A DNA stretch of 41,829 bases from Octopus bimaculoides (taxonomy: Eukaryota): positions 62,007,304 through 62,049,132 of the forward strand of contig NC_068984.1 in NCBI RefSeq assembly GCF_001194135.2, read 5' to 3'. Of this stretch, positions 1 through 11,442 are shown piece after piece. Below the pieces are notes generated by a model that saw only the letters and a program-made list of their open reading frames with translations, searched no databases and was not told where the DNA came from. The number at the start of each line of letters is the position of its first letter. Position 1 is the stretch's first letter. A program made the position numbers and the translations under genes.

Positions 1-15
1 ATATATATATATATA

Positions 16-2410
16 CAGTCCATAACTGACCTAAACTCGTTATATCGCCATCAAATGACACATTTGCGGTTTAACTGGGGTGGCGGTAAAGTTAGGGAGG
101 CTTTCTGTAGTAGATATAAGGCCAACGATTTAGTAAATATTTTTATAACACAGTAGCGTAGCTAACTTTTGGAAAGTGGGGAATGGGCAACAGCAGATTT
201 TTGATGTGTAAACAAAATTTTCGTATAAAAACTTCAGAAAACAAAAAAGGTAAAAATTTGGTATTTGCGAGGGGAGGCAAGGAGGGGAAAAGAAGATATT
301 GCTCTTCTTGCCCTTCTCCTCTCCTCTCTGTTAGTTATGCCCCTGTTATAACATCAATTATAATATAATATGATTATCTTTTAGATTTTAGTTGAAATAT
401 TGTTAACAAATGTTTTATTGTTGAAAAACTAAAGTTTATTGATAAACAATAAAGAACACAAATATTTTTTGAAATTTATTTTGTGAAAAAATCTAACATT
501 GTTTTGCTTATATTTCGAAATTTTAATAGTATTAAAACGTTTTACTAATTTTTCTAAAAGTAATAAATTTTCAGTAGTCATATCTTCAGCTTCTATCGAA
601 TCACGAAGAAGATTCATAGCTTTGCTTATACCTTTATTTGTATGTTTAGCTTTTGGTGCCGATTTTTCCTCATCATTTTCTTCTAGGAAGTCAATAATTT
701 CTTGATCGGTCATCTCAAACGTTTTTCATCGTTGTCGAAGCTAATGAACTCACCTGCAATCATCACCAATGAAGGGTCCGTGTTAAGTTTAGTAGCAGTT
801 TTTTTTATCAGATCAGCTAGTGGTTTATTCACGTCGTCATCACTGCTTTCAACTTCTGTGTATGTGCTTTCGGGTATTCGGGTGAGGCCAGTGTAGTGCC
901 AGCAATTAGAAATAGAAGATGGTGTTACAGAGACCTAAGACTTTTTAATGTATCGAATAGCGTCAGTTAGAGTGATGTTATACTACTGTTTTCGTTGTTT
1001 GTAGTTAAATTTGAAGTTGTGAATTATTCCGGCGTCTAGTGTATGTAGTTGGCACGTTGTTGTCAGTGGGAGAAAGTGAACTTCTACCTTTGTGAGTCTA
1101 TCGGGTATATTGTGTCCAGTGGGGATTTTCCATTATCAGTGAAAGTGTTCGTCGCTGAAGTCGCATTTTCATATCAAGTTCTTTCATCCAACTTCTAAAC
1201 GTACTTGAGTTCAACCAAGCTTTGTTATTATAGTCGTAATCTACATAAAGTTTGTAGTTAAAACATTGGGGTTTGTACACTTTTCAAATAACAAGAAGTC
1301 GTAGATTTTTGCTGCCATCAACATTACAAGCTACCTGTTACCGTAAGTCTTTCTTGTTTGCTGTTTGATGCTCTTGGTAAAATTTTGTAAGCGATTTATT
1401 AGGTAATTGGCGAAGAATTAATCTTGCTTCGTCGATATTAAAAAAATATTTCTTGGCTCAAATTTTTTCATTTTCTCTTTAGCACGCTGTAAACTAGCAG
1501 TAATGTTTTGCTGGTCTGTACCAGCACTTTCACCAGAAAAAATCTGACATTTATTTGAGCATCTTCGCTTAAATTTATGAAGGCAACCATTGGAATAACG
1601 GAAATAATTTATATTCAATTTCGGACCAAGTTTCTTTCTTTTGTTTCTCAAAATTTCATCTGTTATAACACCGTTTTTAGTACGAATAATAGTAAACAAT
1701 AAATCTGTGCGTTTAGCAGTTTTTTGACGTTTTGCCTCTCGATCTTCAATAATTTACCACTTAACTTTCTGCTGAATAATGTCACATTTATTTCTTCGTT
1801 TGATATTTTCTCCCCATGCATTACTGATATAATTTGCAATACCTTGTTGACTAGGTTTTGGATAAACTTCATAATATTTGATAAGTTCTTGTTCCTGTGA
1901 TGCAAGAGCGTTTCTGTTTACATGAAATAGCCTTCCTGTTGAAAACTGATACTAAAAAGAAAATAATCTCTTTTATAAACTTGTTCATTAAAAAAAATAA
2001 ATTATGATCCAATTTTATGAGCAGGGAATATCAACTTATCGTCGTTATCACATGCTAAATCGATTAAATGCACTCCTTTCTCAGTTTTGCTATTGTCTGT
2101 TAGCATGCATTCCTTGAAGGTTCGTGCCCTCTAGATTTATATCGTGTATGTTTATAAATGGTATTCAAGTATGACAAAATTGTTTAGGTAGTAAATTTGT
2201 TGTGATTTGGCGGTAAATTCGGAGAGTTTTATGCTAGTAAGGAACGTTAGTGTTGCAAATTGTATTCGCGGATGGCGGACATAGGAGGGCATAAAACCAG
2301 GAGAATTAAACGTTAGTTAACAACATAGGCGGAAATCGACTCTGAATAATTTTACGGTGGTAAGCAAGGTTGGTGGAAAAAGCTGGGTGGCATAAGAGCG
2401 GGGTAGATTG
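16..2410 (-). mobile_element. Near full-length Tigger/pogo-family DNA transposon (Tc1/mariner superfamily), degenerate
   Basis: Flanked by TA on both sides within (TA)n. Degenerate TIRs: left CAGTC[cataactgacc]TAAACTCGTTATATCGCCATC versus right reverse complement CAATCTACCCCGCTCTTATGCCACCC. About 2.4 kb long and encloses a pogo-type transposase pseudogene. Confidence 0.88.
429..1926 (-). pseudogene. Tigger/pogo transposase pseudogene (N-terminal HTH, CENP-B-type HTH, DDE_1), with frameshifts and stops
   Basis: Manual minus-strand translation across frames gives ELIKYYEVYPKPSQQGIANY (HTH), ITDEILRNKRKKLG..FRYSNGCLHKFKRR..FSGESAG..KFEPRNIF (CENP-B HTH), YNNKAWLNSSTFRSWMKELD..IMEN and LTKVEVHFLPLTTTCQLHTLDAGIIHNFKFNY (DDE_1), then the acidic tail MTDQEIIDFLEENDEE. 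Confidence 0.92.
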
Positions 2411-2428
2411 TATATATANNNNNNNNNN

Positions 2429-3725
2429 AGTAAAAATCATAAAATAATAGTAATAAAACGACCACGCGTGTTTCATAACGAGAATAAAATAAAATATATT
2501 CAAATCCATTAAATCGATCGAAAATCAATTCTATTCAAATATATAGCTAATCCTCAGGTCAAAATACAACAATAATAATAATAAAAGGAATGTATATATT
2601 AACCACCAATAAATAACAAATGAATGTATATAAAAATACTTATTATATTAAGATAAAAAAATGTTAAACAATATTATTAAAAAGAAATTTAATACACATC
2701 TTATCGAAAATTATAAACGTGACATTATTAGCTTTACGTTTATTAGAATATAAACTAACAGAAATATTAAATGCAAATCTCATCTTAACGAATCTTTCGT
2801 TTAAAATACAATTTAAACGAAGTTTTAGGTAAAACTAAAATTATAAACGTAAAATAAATAACTTTAATTTTAATATAAACTAACAAAAAATTAAATCATA
2901 TAAATTAATTTATATAAAAATAATTATATCACCATTAAATAAAAGAAAAAAACATTTAACAAAATTAATGAAAAGAAATACAAAATTTATCTCATCGAAT
3001 CTTTAGTTTAAATAAAATGTTAAATGTACTATTAACTTAACCTTAATTAGAATATTAACTAATAATGAAAGAAACTATATAAAAAAAACTAGTTATTTAT
3101 CCCATAAATCAAAAAGAAATATCAAACAATATTATTGGAAAAAATGCAACACTAATCTAATCGAAGTTTTGGTTTAAACTAAATTGATAAAACTTTATAC
3201 TATTAACCTAGTGTTAAATAAAGTATCGGCTAACATTTAATATCAATTGAATTAATATAAAAATACATATTTTTTTAATCAATGATAGAAAATCATTTAA
3301 CAAAGTTAATGAAGATAAAAGCAATACTTATCTCAACGATAAGTTTAAACTAAAAAGTTTAGCGTTAGACTAATAACTAAGCGTTTATTAGAAAGAAGTC
3401 GCGTGAAGATAATGCGTAAAGAAAAAGAATAGAATGAAGAGATAAAAAAACATGAATGAAAGTTTTATTTATAAAATCATGAATGAAAATTAAAATCTAT
3501 ATAACTTAAATCATAATAAAACAATTAACTATATTGTAAACATTTTATGGAACGTTAAAATCTCAGTAATTATAGAGTCTAAAGAATAAGACTATGAAAC
3601 ATAACATAAATAATACATATGAAATAAGGTAAACTACTATAATTAAATTAATTAATTAAAATATTTATATTATTAATTTTATAAAAATCATAAAAATCAT
3701 AGTGTCATTAAAATATTAAATCCTT
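2429..3725. repeat. Extremely AT-rich segment containing a decayed ~170-bp tandem repeat
   Basis: Recurring motifs: gtttaaa at 3006/3172/3343; tactattaac at 3027/3198; catttaacaaa(a/g)ttaatgaa at 2953/3294; aaacaatattatt at 2666/3124. Bounded by N gaps on both sides. Confidence 0.6.
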
Positions 3726-4541
3726 NNNNNNNNNNNNNNNNNNNNNNNNNNNNNNNNNNNNNNNNNNNNNNNNNNNNNNNNNNNNNNNNNNNNNNNNNNN
3801 NNNNNNNNNNNNNNNNNNNNNNNNNNNNNNNNNNNNNNNNNNNNNNNNNNNNNNNNNNNNNNNNNNNNNNNNNNNNNNNNNNNNNNNNNNNNNNNNNNNN
3901 NNNNNNNNNNNNNNNNNNNNNNNNNNNNNNNNNNNNNNNNNNNNNNNNNNNNNNNNNNNNNNNNNNNNNNNNNNNNNNNNNNNNNNNNNNNNNNNNNNNN
4001 NNNNNNNNNNNNNNNNNNNNNNNNNNNNNNNNNNNNNNNNNNNNNNNNNNNNNNNNNNNNNNNNNNNNNNNNNNNNNNNNNNNNNNNNNNNNNNNNNNNN
4101 NNNNNNNNNNNNNNNNNNNNNNNNNNNNNNNNNNNNNNNNNNNNNNNNNNNNNNNNNNNNNNNNNNNNNNNNNNNNNNNNNNNNNNNNNNNNNNNNNNNN
4201 NNNNNNNNNNNNNNNNNNNNNNNNNNNNNNNNNNNNNNNNNNNNNNNNNNNNNNNNNNNNNNNNNNNNNNNNNNNNNNNNNNNNNNNNNNNNNNNNNNNN
4301 NNNNNNNNNNNNNNNNNNNNNNNNNNNNNNNNNNNNNNNNNNNNNNNNNNNNNNNNNNNNNNNNNNNNNNNNNNNNNNNNNNNNNNNNNNNNNNNNNNNN
4401 NNNNNNNNNNNNNNNNNNNNNNNNNNNNNNNNNNNNNNNNNNNNNNNNNNNNNNNNNNNNNNNNNNNNNNNNNNNNNNNNNNNNNNNNNNNNNNNNNNNN
4501 NNNNNNNNNNNNNNNNNNNNNNNNNNNNNNNNNNNNNNNNN
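3726..4541. other. Assembly gap (further gaps at 2419-2428, 7150-7334, 20192-20370, 30093-30903, 32598-33309, 35510-36003)
   Basis: Runs of N, most of them abutting (TA)n tracts. Confidence 1.
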
Positions 4542-4657
4542 TATATATATATATATATATATATATGGGAGAATGTACGAAAAAACAACAACAGACGAGG
4601 ACAGGTGGTGTAAATAACAAAAGGATGTATTAGTATGACGCTCGGGAATACGGAAAG

Positions 4658-4694
4658 TCTTTGACGTTTCGAGCTACGCTCTTCAACAGAAAGA
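4658..4694 (-). ncRNA. Minimal type I hammerhead ribozyme motif with non-canonical core CUGUUGA
   Basis: Minus strand reads UCUUU CUGUUGA A GAGC GUA GCUC GAAAC GU C AAAGA. Stem I is 5 bp perfect, stem II is 4 bp perfect, stem III is the palindrome ACGU, and the site is GUC. Confidence 0.75.
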
Positions 4695-4829
4695 ATACGG
4701 AGACACGGAGAAAAACACGGAGAGAAAAAAAATTGAATAGTGTTCAGTCAACGGTCAATCATATTAATGGCTGACCGGAAGTTATATATATATATATATA
4801 TAGGCACAGATAGCTAAACCTATTATATA

Positions 4830-5440
4830 AATAATGAAATTTATGTCTACACGTAATTTTTCGTTCATCAAATGAATTAATCAAAGTATTATAATTATTT
4901 AATAACTCCTTGAATTCATTAGTACACAACTTACAGAAATTATTACCTATACGATAGGATTTCGCCTTACAATGTGTCTCCCAATGTAAAATGTACTTAA
5001 TATTTTTCAGATTTAAGTTCCCAAATATATTTACTAAGGCCAGTAGAATTAATCAAATTTCTATACTTAAAGGAGTACATATGTTGAGCCACCTGTAATT
5101 TAATTTTATTAGAAGTCAATCCTATGTAAATCGTATTTAAGTTATAAGCATTATGTTGATTCCCGTCCATTAAAGTCACTATACATTTATATACGACATC
5201 CTTCAAATTGCATTTATTATTGAGTTTACATTGAGTCCTATCTCTACATGTACAATTGATTATATCCCGGTCCTCATTATTATTATTATTACTATTATTA
5301 TAATAAGTAATTAATTTATATTTGTAATACTTATTTAACTTAAATCTATTAAAAGAAGAGTTAATGTTACCATCATTATTAGTAGTAGAATAACCTATAC
5401 CGAAATTATTAGTAGAAAAGATATAATAATATATGTTATT
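4830..5440 (-). pseudogene. PLE GIY-YIG endonuclease remnant with CxCx5Cx5C motif (Nematis-like, tentative)
   Basis: GYSTTNNDGNINSSFN (linker), then NCTCRDRTQCKLNNKCNLKDVVYKCIV..IYIGLTSNKIKLQVAQHMYSFKYRNLINSTGLSKYIWELK. After a 1-nt frameshift it continues IKYILHWE..KSY..NFCKLCTNE, and after another, TCRHK. The expected catalytic Arg position reads Gln. Confidence 0.9.
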
Positions 5441-5554
5441 ATCTCTGGGTCCAACGTAGGTCATATATCAGCGTGTGAATATAAGGATTTATTTTTCGTA
5501 ATAAGATAAAAAAACCCAAGGCAGTGTGCATTATATAACATTTATAAATAGAAG

Positions 5555-5602
5555 TTCTTACAGCTGTTTTCAGGATATTTATTATATCCCTTCATCGGAG
5601 AC
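5555..5602 (-). ncRNA. Type I hammerhead motif, core CCGAUGA, stem III palindrome ACAGCUGU, GUA site
   Basis: Minus strand reads GUCU CCGAUGA AGGGAUA UAAUAAA UAUCCU GAAA AC AGCU GU A AGAA. Confidence 0.65.
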
Positions 5603-6078
5603 GGTGTGAGAGGATGGTTAAGCAATAGTCAATTTAGATAAGATAGGAAATGCAGAGTGAATGTTGTACTTTAAACAGAACGATTAATTCAATAACACTG
5701 TGTATAAACTCTGTTTTTGGAATGACCAATTTCAAAGACTGTTGGATTTCACTCATAGGGTATTGGAATCTTAATAATGGGTTTGCAAATGCAATAACCA
5801 ATCTTAAAGACAGTTGGATTTTATTCACAAGGTATTTGAGTCTTATATGAATACCATTCTGCCTAAATTATGGATTTACATATACGAGGTTATCAGCGAT
5901 AGTGGTGTCAATTAGACCCAGAGATTTCAGATAATGCTGAGTAACTGCTTTGAATAGACCATAGTTAAGCTCCAGGCTCGGTGATTATGCGAAAAAGGGG
6001 TCCAACGTATGTCATATATCAGCGTGTGAATATACGGATTTATTTTTTTTATTGAGATAAAAACGAAGGCTTTGTGCA

Positions 6079-6653
6079 TTTTTTTTTTAAATTTTTTTTA
6101 AAGTTTCAGCTTAGAGCTGCGGCCATGCTGATGCACCACCGTGTTGCTACACTGTTATTACAGGGAGCCTCTTACAATATGTGGCACTTGGTGAAGAATG
6201 GAGTTTGATTTATCAACCCTCATTTGCACCTCCTGCCGCGAGGTAGGTTCATCTGGGACTCTCGATAGGAAGAGGTCCAGCTTTGATTTAAAAACTCCTA
6301 CATCTACTTTGTGCAGATTCATCAGGCTCTTTGGAAGAATATTAAAAAGCTGTGAGCCCCTGAATCCCAAGCTGTTGCAGTAGCTGGACCTGAAGCGCGA
6401 TGGCATTGCTGGGATCTTTGGCACTATGCAGTGTCGTCCCGTTCTGGCATTGGTGTAGCTTTCAATGCCAAAATTTGGCACAATTCCTTCCAGGATCTTC
6501 CAGGTGTATATTACTGCATACCTCACCCGCCTTCTCTCCAGGGAGTAGAATCTTAGCTGTTTCAGCCCTTCCCAGTAGCTGAGCAGTTGCAAAGAGACAA
6601 TCTTCTTTATGAATCTCCTCTGGATTGCTTCAAGGTCTGCTGTTAATTTCAGA
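6079..6653 (-). mobile_element. 5'-truncated CR1/L2-group LINE: ORF2 C-terminus, 3' UTR and poly(A)
   Basis: LEAIQRRFIKKI..SYWEGLKQLRFYSLERRRVRYAVIYTWKILEGIVPNFGI..RTGRHC..NSLGFRGSQLFNILP..FKSKLDLFLSRVPDEP..SNSILHQ (6158-6650). A T-rich tract at 6079-6099 is the poly(A) tail on the minus strand. Confidence 0.9.
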
Positions 6654-6992
6654 TTGTTGTTAATTATAGAAGATATATAGATAGGAAATAGAAAGTGAAT
6701 GCAACACTTTAAACAGAACGCTTGATTCAATAACACTGTGTATAAACTCTGTATTTGGAATGACCAATTTCAAAGATAGTTGGATTTTACTCAGAGTTTT
6801 GGAATCTTAATAATGGGTGTACAAATGCAATGACCAATCTTAAAGACTGTTGGATTTCATTCACAAGGTATTGGAGTCTTATATGTATACCATTCCGTCT
6901 AAACAATGGATTTGCAAATACAATATCCCTGCATTCACTCTCTATTTCCTATCGTATCTAAATTAACAATTGCTTCACCATCCTCTCACAGC

Positions 6993-7040
6993 GTTTGCGA
7001 TGAAGTGATATAATAAATATCCTGGAAACAGCTGTAAGAC
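6993..7040 (+). ncRNA. Degenerate copy of the 5555-5602 hammerhead (core GCGAUGA)
   Basis: GUUU GCGAUGA AGUGAUA UAAUAAA UAUCCU G GAAAC AGCU GU A AGAC. Confidence 0.55.
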
Positions 7041-7334
7041 CTTCGATTTATAAATGTTCTATAATGCACACAGCCTTTGTTTTTATCTCATTGTGAAAAT
7101 TAAATCCTTATATACATGTATATATATACATATATGTATATATATATGTNNNNNNNNNNNNNNNNNNNNNNNNNNNNNNNNNNNNNNNNNNNNNNNNNNN
7201 NNNNNNNNNNNNNNNNNNNNNNNNNNNNNNNNNNNNNNNNNNNNNNNNNNNNNNNNNNNNNNNNNNNNNNNNNNNNNNNNNNNNNNNNNNNNNNNNNNNN
7301 NNNNNNNNNNNNNNNNNNNNNNNNNNNNNNNNNN

Positions 7335-7365
<31 letters not shown>

Positions 7366-7437
7366 TGTATATATATATGTGCATGTATATATGTGTATAT
7401 ATATATGTATATTTGTGTGAATGTATGTATATGTATA

Positions 7438-7725
7438 CAGGGATTGGGTGTCTGATTAGCACTTTGCTTCCGAACCTCATGTGAGCTTGGTTAATATACC
7501 GCCGCGTGTGTGATTGTCCCTCAACAACGCTTTACAACTGATGATAGTGTTCCTCCGTTCCCATAACTATGTGGTACGGCAAAAGAGGCCGATAGTTAAA
7601 GTAGAAAGCTTAAAAGGAAGAAACTACTGGAGTGGTTTCGTTTGACGAAAAATCCTTCAAGACGATGCCCCAGAATGTCTGCAGTATAATGACTGAAACA
7701 AGGCAAAGATAAATGATAAGATAGA
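7438..7725 (+). mobile_element. Degenerate tRNA-type SINE with LINE-like 3' tail
   Basis: tRNA-like head (gcacttgcttccgaacc...), body cggcaaaagaggccgatag, and tail gatgccccagaatgtctgcagtataatgactgaaacaag. Resembles an abundant octopus SINE family (recognised from memory, not searched). Confidence 0.7.
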
Positions 7726-10700
7726 TGCAGCCATTGATGTATTTAGCGCAACTAAAACGCATTGTCCTTGAGGTCTCTTTAGAATTCTTTCAAATATTCA
7801 GTGATTTGTTCATATAAAAGTGTTTCTTGCATACACGGGTTTGCAATGAAATGCAAGAATAAATATCAAACTGTTAAAAATGATTATCAACCTGTTCAGT
7901 CGATACAATGATATGATAACGCTGGAAGCTTTGAAGTGCCGAAATTTTCTTCACAGGGTAGATTGGCAAAATATAAAATTTATTAGAGTAAGCCGATATT
8001 GAAGGGCATAAAGACGACATTAACAATGCAGAAGAGGAGAGGAATTAGGCATGGTGACTTGATGAGGGTGATACGAAGAAATGGTTTCAAATTCAGAGCG
8101 AGAAGATATATAAGTGAAGGAGATGGAGACTAGTGGAGAGACAAGTATAAATGAAGAAAGAAAAAAGAAATATGTGAAAGTATATGTAAAAATAGATGAA
8201 GAGACTATACTTAGAAGCAGAGTAGTCATGAGAAATCATAAATCTTAGTTTCAGAAAATGAAAGCATTGAAGGAAGATCATAGAAAATTCAGTGACATAA
8301 AGAAAGACAAAAGTTAAAAAGGAGGAAAAGTAAAGAGGCAAGCAATTGGGCATCCCCTACTTAATGATTGGAAAATAACCGTAACGTGGCCTTAATACAG
8401 TATAGACATCCAAACGTGTAAGCGGGACAAAGCTGGAGCTGCGATGAACAATAAATGAAAATAAAAAGGAGAAAGAAATTTGAAAGAACAGAAAGTGAAA
8501 ATGAAGATGAATAAAATGTAAATTAGAAAACATGAGATGCTAACAGAATAGCATATAATCATAAATCGAAATTTAGAGACTTTAAATGATTGCATGTATA
8601 CACTTACGTTACACACTTAAACGCACACACTCCCACGCGCACACACATACATACTCACACACATACATGAATGCATACCCCACCCAAACACACACGTATG
8701 TAGATAGGTAGATACGTGCAATCATACATTGATTTTAGAATATATACAATAAGTTGATAGGCAAATAGATGAATATGAGACAATTATTTCTATCAAACTT
8801 AAAACACTGACAGATGCAAACATGAAGTTAAGCAAAATACGTATGATCATATATTGTTTTATCAATAGATATGATATTTTAAATGGTACTATAATATATC
8901 GGAGGAGAATATCCTTTGCCAAATAGAGGAAAGAAAGCACAGATTTAGTTGAAATGTGTTGGTTTCAGCAAGAAGAGGCAACGGTAAGGCAACGGTAAGG
9001 CAAATCTTGTGCGTTAGTTTGTGTCTGCCAATAACAACATAAGCCATACAACGTGTTGATATTTCATTCTTCCCTATGCAAATAGGGAATATTCTCTAAC
9101 TGTTATAGGATGAATCAACAAATTATGTAAGGGAATATCTTTTCATTTTATCTTTATTCATTGATATCACTTTGCATGTTTTGAGTCAGTCCTCATTTAC
9201 ACTGTTCAAATGTTTTTCTAAACGTCTGTGAAATTGTCGCATATTGCAATGGGTCAAATAAATATGTGTATCTTTTGCTTTTGTACACGTACGTGAGCGC
9301 GTATTCTTGCAGGGAGAATTATCTATGTATAGTTTTCGTTATTTGTATCTATAATTTTGTGTTAATACATATAGTTACGATAGGATGAATATGCCGATTA
9401 TATACTCCTTGGAAAATATATATTTGTAATGAAATTCACATTATTTAAAAACTTTCTAGCTTGTGTATTAAGAATTTATATTTGCTAAGTATAATAGAAT
9501 AAATTATTCGATGAGCTACCCCAGTATAATAAATGATCACTCAATCATGCCCTGATGAGATACTAATAATTATTGAATACTTCAGAAAATCATAATATTT
9601 GACAGACATTCGCTCGGTATTCTATAAATTAGAAACGTTGACATGACAAGCGTTCTGGTAAATCTATTTTAATTTCCGGACATGTATTGCTCCGGGCAAC
9701 TGATTGTGATTTCATTAAATCTGTATTTTGAAATTCGCTTCTCTTTAGGTTATAATTAAAATATTAGGAACTAAAATATATATAAGAGGAAAAATATGTC
9801 TAAATAGCAATAAAGAGATTTTACCAAGAAATGTTATGGAAATATATTTGTTCAATATGCCTAAGGGTTATAAATGAGTGCGCAAAATATTCAACTACCA
9901 GCTCATGTATCGTTAGTTCAAAATTTCTAAAAGCACTTCAGTATGACCTTAATCACGTCCCTTTATATTTCACGTCATATTTAATTTAGCTCTCACGATA
10001 TTTAACTAATACTTTGAGATGAAAGTCTGTCCGGCATCTTAAATTGACAAATACTTTACCCGTTTGAACATTTCGTTATTGGTTACGCTGCATGGTAGAG
10101 ATAGTCTTGAGATTACTGTTCTCTATTTGGAATGTGTAAATAGGTATAACGAAAATACTAATTTTTGCCAGTCGTCATATATTATTCCACCAGAGGCAGT
10201 ATTATTACAAGACTATCTTTTAGAAAACTAAAATAGTAAAAGCTAACGGAAATTTCGCAAAATATATGTACAAATAACAGCCGATTGGTAATAGAATTTA
10301 TTCAGAAAAAAAATTATATATATACATATGTCCTTGTGAAGGTAACTTTAGTGAAAATACCTACAATATTTTTGGAATAACATTGTCTCTAAAGTGTTTA
10401 CTCCGTACCAGTTCTGATGGATCCAACACTAACGGTTGGTGCCCCACTCATGATTTTCATTTTTGAGATATTGTTTACCTCTGGCAGTATTGGGCAAAAT
10501 ATTATCTCTGCGTAGATGACAAATCTTCATTTCAGAAATATTTAGCACAAGTCGCAGTACGGTAGAAGTTTATTCTTTCTAAATTATATAAACCGGCGGT
10601 TGTATAGACAGAAATAGAAATTTAAAGAATGTATGACATGCATACCAAGATATAAAGTTATGAGTTTATCTATGTGAAATTAATGATTTAGTGATGAAAA

Positions 10701-11266
10701 TGCATTCGTGAATAATCAGACGATTCTTCTAGGTTCTTATTGCATCTTCTGCTGTTTAGCTATAACATAGAAGTAAAATTGTGTCATCTGGTCCCTAAGT
10801 AAGCTGTAAAAGAACAAAATTCATTACATTTCTTCCTTGTCTCAATTGACTCAATCATGCAGTATTGTTGGATACATTTATTTAATATATATATCTCTAA
10901 GAAAATATAGTGTGTTTTGAGTGATGATAAGCAGCTATATATAGTATGTTAATACACCACATAGAGATGATGCTGAAACGGTACGAATTATCACCTGAGG
11001 CATCATATGTTAGAACTCATGTCGGTTGATGCACCGAATGGGTCATATGTTATTATTTCACCACCTCACAAGCTCTAAACACTAAAATGGTAATAAAAGG
11101 TTATTATTTAATACCTTCAGATGTAAGGTGTATTACAACGAGTTATTGGTTAGTATGTAAAGTTTCAGTGAAGAGAAATACATATGTTGCTGTGACTCAG
11201 AATACACACGCACGAACGCAGCACATACACACACACACAATGTGTATGCATATCTCAGTGTTTGTA

Positions 11267-11303
<37 letters not shown>

Positions 11304-11397
11304 TATTATCTCAGTTATTAAAACTTTCGATAATTTAAATATATGTAGGAATTAAAGGAACTTTCATTGACATGCGTTTTGCTCCATTTATTATTAT

Positions 11398-11442
<45 letters not shown>

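Larger units (their letters stand above)
4567..5440 (-). mobile_element. 5'-truncated Penelope-like retroelement: linker, GIY-YIG endonuclease and 3' pseudo-LTR
   Basis: The endonuclease remnant is followed downstream on the same strand by a pLTR-like unit with a hammerhead motif, ending ...TTCTCCC-(TA)n. The same pLTR family recurs at 30904-31017. Confidence 0.88.
5441..7113. mobile_element. Tandem plus inverted array of a ~550-bp hammerhead-bearing unit (PLE pLTR-like), interrupted by a LINE
   Basis: A1 (5447-5660) and B1 (5638-5880) are repeated as partial A2 (5997-6080) and B2 (6676-6921). Segment 6930-7113 is an inverted copy of A. B contains an internal ~72-bp duplication. Confidence 0.85.

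Noticed and set aside
2429-3725. Mitochondrial insertion (NUMT) with coding genes
   Set aside because: No recognisable mitochondrial protein, rRNA or tRNA motif by eye; an internal tandem period explains it better. A control-region origin cannot be excluded without BLAST.
3697-4620. Long ORFs in the track spanning N runs (also 7054-7484, 20071-20475, 29972-30958, 32518-33318, 35326-36111)
   Set aside because: Artefacts of translating assembly gaps and (TA)n tracts.
8020-8616. Hydrophobic minus-strand ORFs over a purine-rich tract
   Set aside because: Low-complexity AG-rich sequence with a loose internal duplication; the hydrophobicity is a compositional artefact.
9548-9600. CTGATGAG...GAAAATC as a hammerhead
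   Set aside because: Neither stem I nor stem II can pair, and there is no proper GAAAC-NUH arrangement.
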